Below, piece after piece: positions 31,296-32,000 of a stretch of 32,000 bases of DNA (the stretch's first letter is position 1; each line of letters opens with the position of its first letter). The notes under the pieces were generated by a model that was not told the origin of the DNA, ran no database searches, and saw only the letters and a program-made list of their open reading frames with translations. Made by a program: the position numbers and the translations under genes. Origin of the DNA: Zygophlyctis sp. KS116 (lineage: Eukaryota > Fungi > Chytridiomycota); the NCBI GenBank assembly GCA_054661495.1, contig BAAFSQ010000054.1, positions 1 to 32,000 of the forward strand. Reading direction: 5' to 3'.

Positions 31296-32000
31296 TTAAT
31301 TCAATTTAACTGCAAAAGGGTTCCGTGCCTTGTAATACTCTATTCGCTGATCAAGAAACATGTTTCCTTGGCGAATCAATTCAGCAACATCATCATTGTC
31401 CATCAATATAGAATCAGCCATGCATTCCTTCAAAAATAAACGGTCGGGGTATAGTTCCTCTAGTAAATTCTTTTCAATGCTTTCTGGTGATAAAGAAGAT
31501 GTAGATCCGTTTTTAGTTAGAATTCTTGATTCTGATTGATGATTTCTTTTAATGGGTAGTTTGTCTCCTTTCAAGATAGAAATATGCTCTTTGATCTTAA
31601 ATAGATGATTATCATCTAATTCATTCACAGCTGTTAAAATTGCTTCTTGGCATCGTCCAATACCTTCGATTAAAATTAATATTATTACCAAGTTTACAGT
31701 CGTTTGAGTCGGATTTCATATTAAGACCTATAGATTATATTGTCTTTATTACCTCTAGAATACCATAGTAATGCAGACTCAAAATCTCCCATATTAAAAT
31801 AGCAATCGGCTTTACAAAGTATTGCTTTTAAGGACTGGGGACTGATGGCAAAAGCTGATTTTGCATCTTCCAAAGCAGAACTCATCTCACCTATAAATGC
31901 ATAACATCGAGATCTTCGGAGATACAAGATCTCTGATTGTTTGATTGATATAGCTTGTGAATATAATGGTATGGCAGCTGCATAATCCCCTTGCCGAGAT
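31296..32000 (-). CDS. TPR protein, TTC25/ODAD4 (outer dynein arm docking)-like; 5' end outside the window; introns 31728-31752, 31664-31688
   Basis: RSRCY..IGE..SALEDA...KADCYFNMGDFESALLWYSRG...G/IGRCQEAI and LLEELYPDRLFL...FLDQRIEYYKARNP parallel TTC25 N-terminal motifs. Confidence 0.78.

Noticed and set aside
227-31927. Fragmented ORFs as pseudogenes, programmed frameshifts or an alternative genetic code
   Set aside because: Every break examined is resolved by a GT(GC)-AG mini-intron that restores conserved motifs under the standard code.

Overview
AT-rich eukaryotic genomic DNA from a flagellated, zoosporic fungus (chytrid-like): fungal-type housekeeping genes (PAN6, ESF2, APN1, PNO1, VID27, PDA1, CCC2, ZW10) are mixed with axonemal genes (CFAP54, EFHC1/RIB72, a TTC25/ODAD4-like gene). 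The genome is extremely compact. About 45 spliceosomal introns read by hand are only 23-33 nt long, and neighbouring CDSs abut or overlap, including an ATGA stop/start overlap. Because of the mini-introns, the ORF track splits most genes and misses or mis-translates several: a 62-aa APC13-like gene, a histone stem-loop binding protein (SLBP), a CD225/dispanin (IFITM-like) membrane protein, and an intronic box C/D snoRNA (snR66-like) in PNO1. The one non-compact, accessory-looking region (~6374-8928) is an island. It holds an intronless Ubl/PB1-like + Myb/SANT gene bracketed by a near-identical 335-bp direct repeat of the VID27 5' end, an older diverged VID27 3' fragment, and an intronless secreted Cys-rich protein gene. 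All gene models were spliced by eye and family assignments come from recognised motifs, not database searches.
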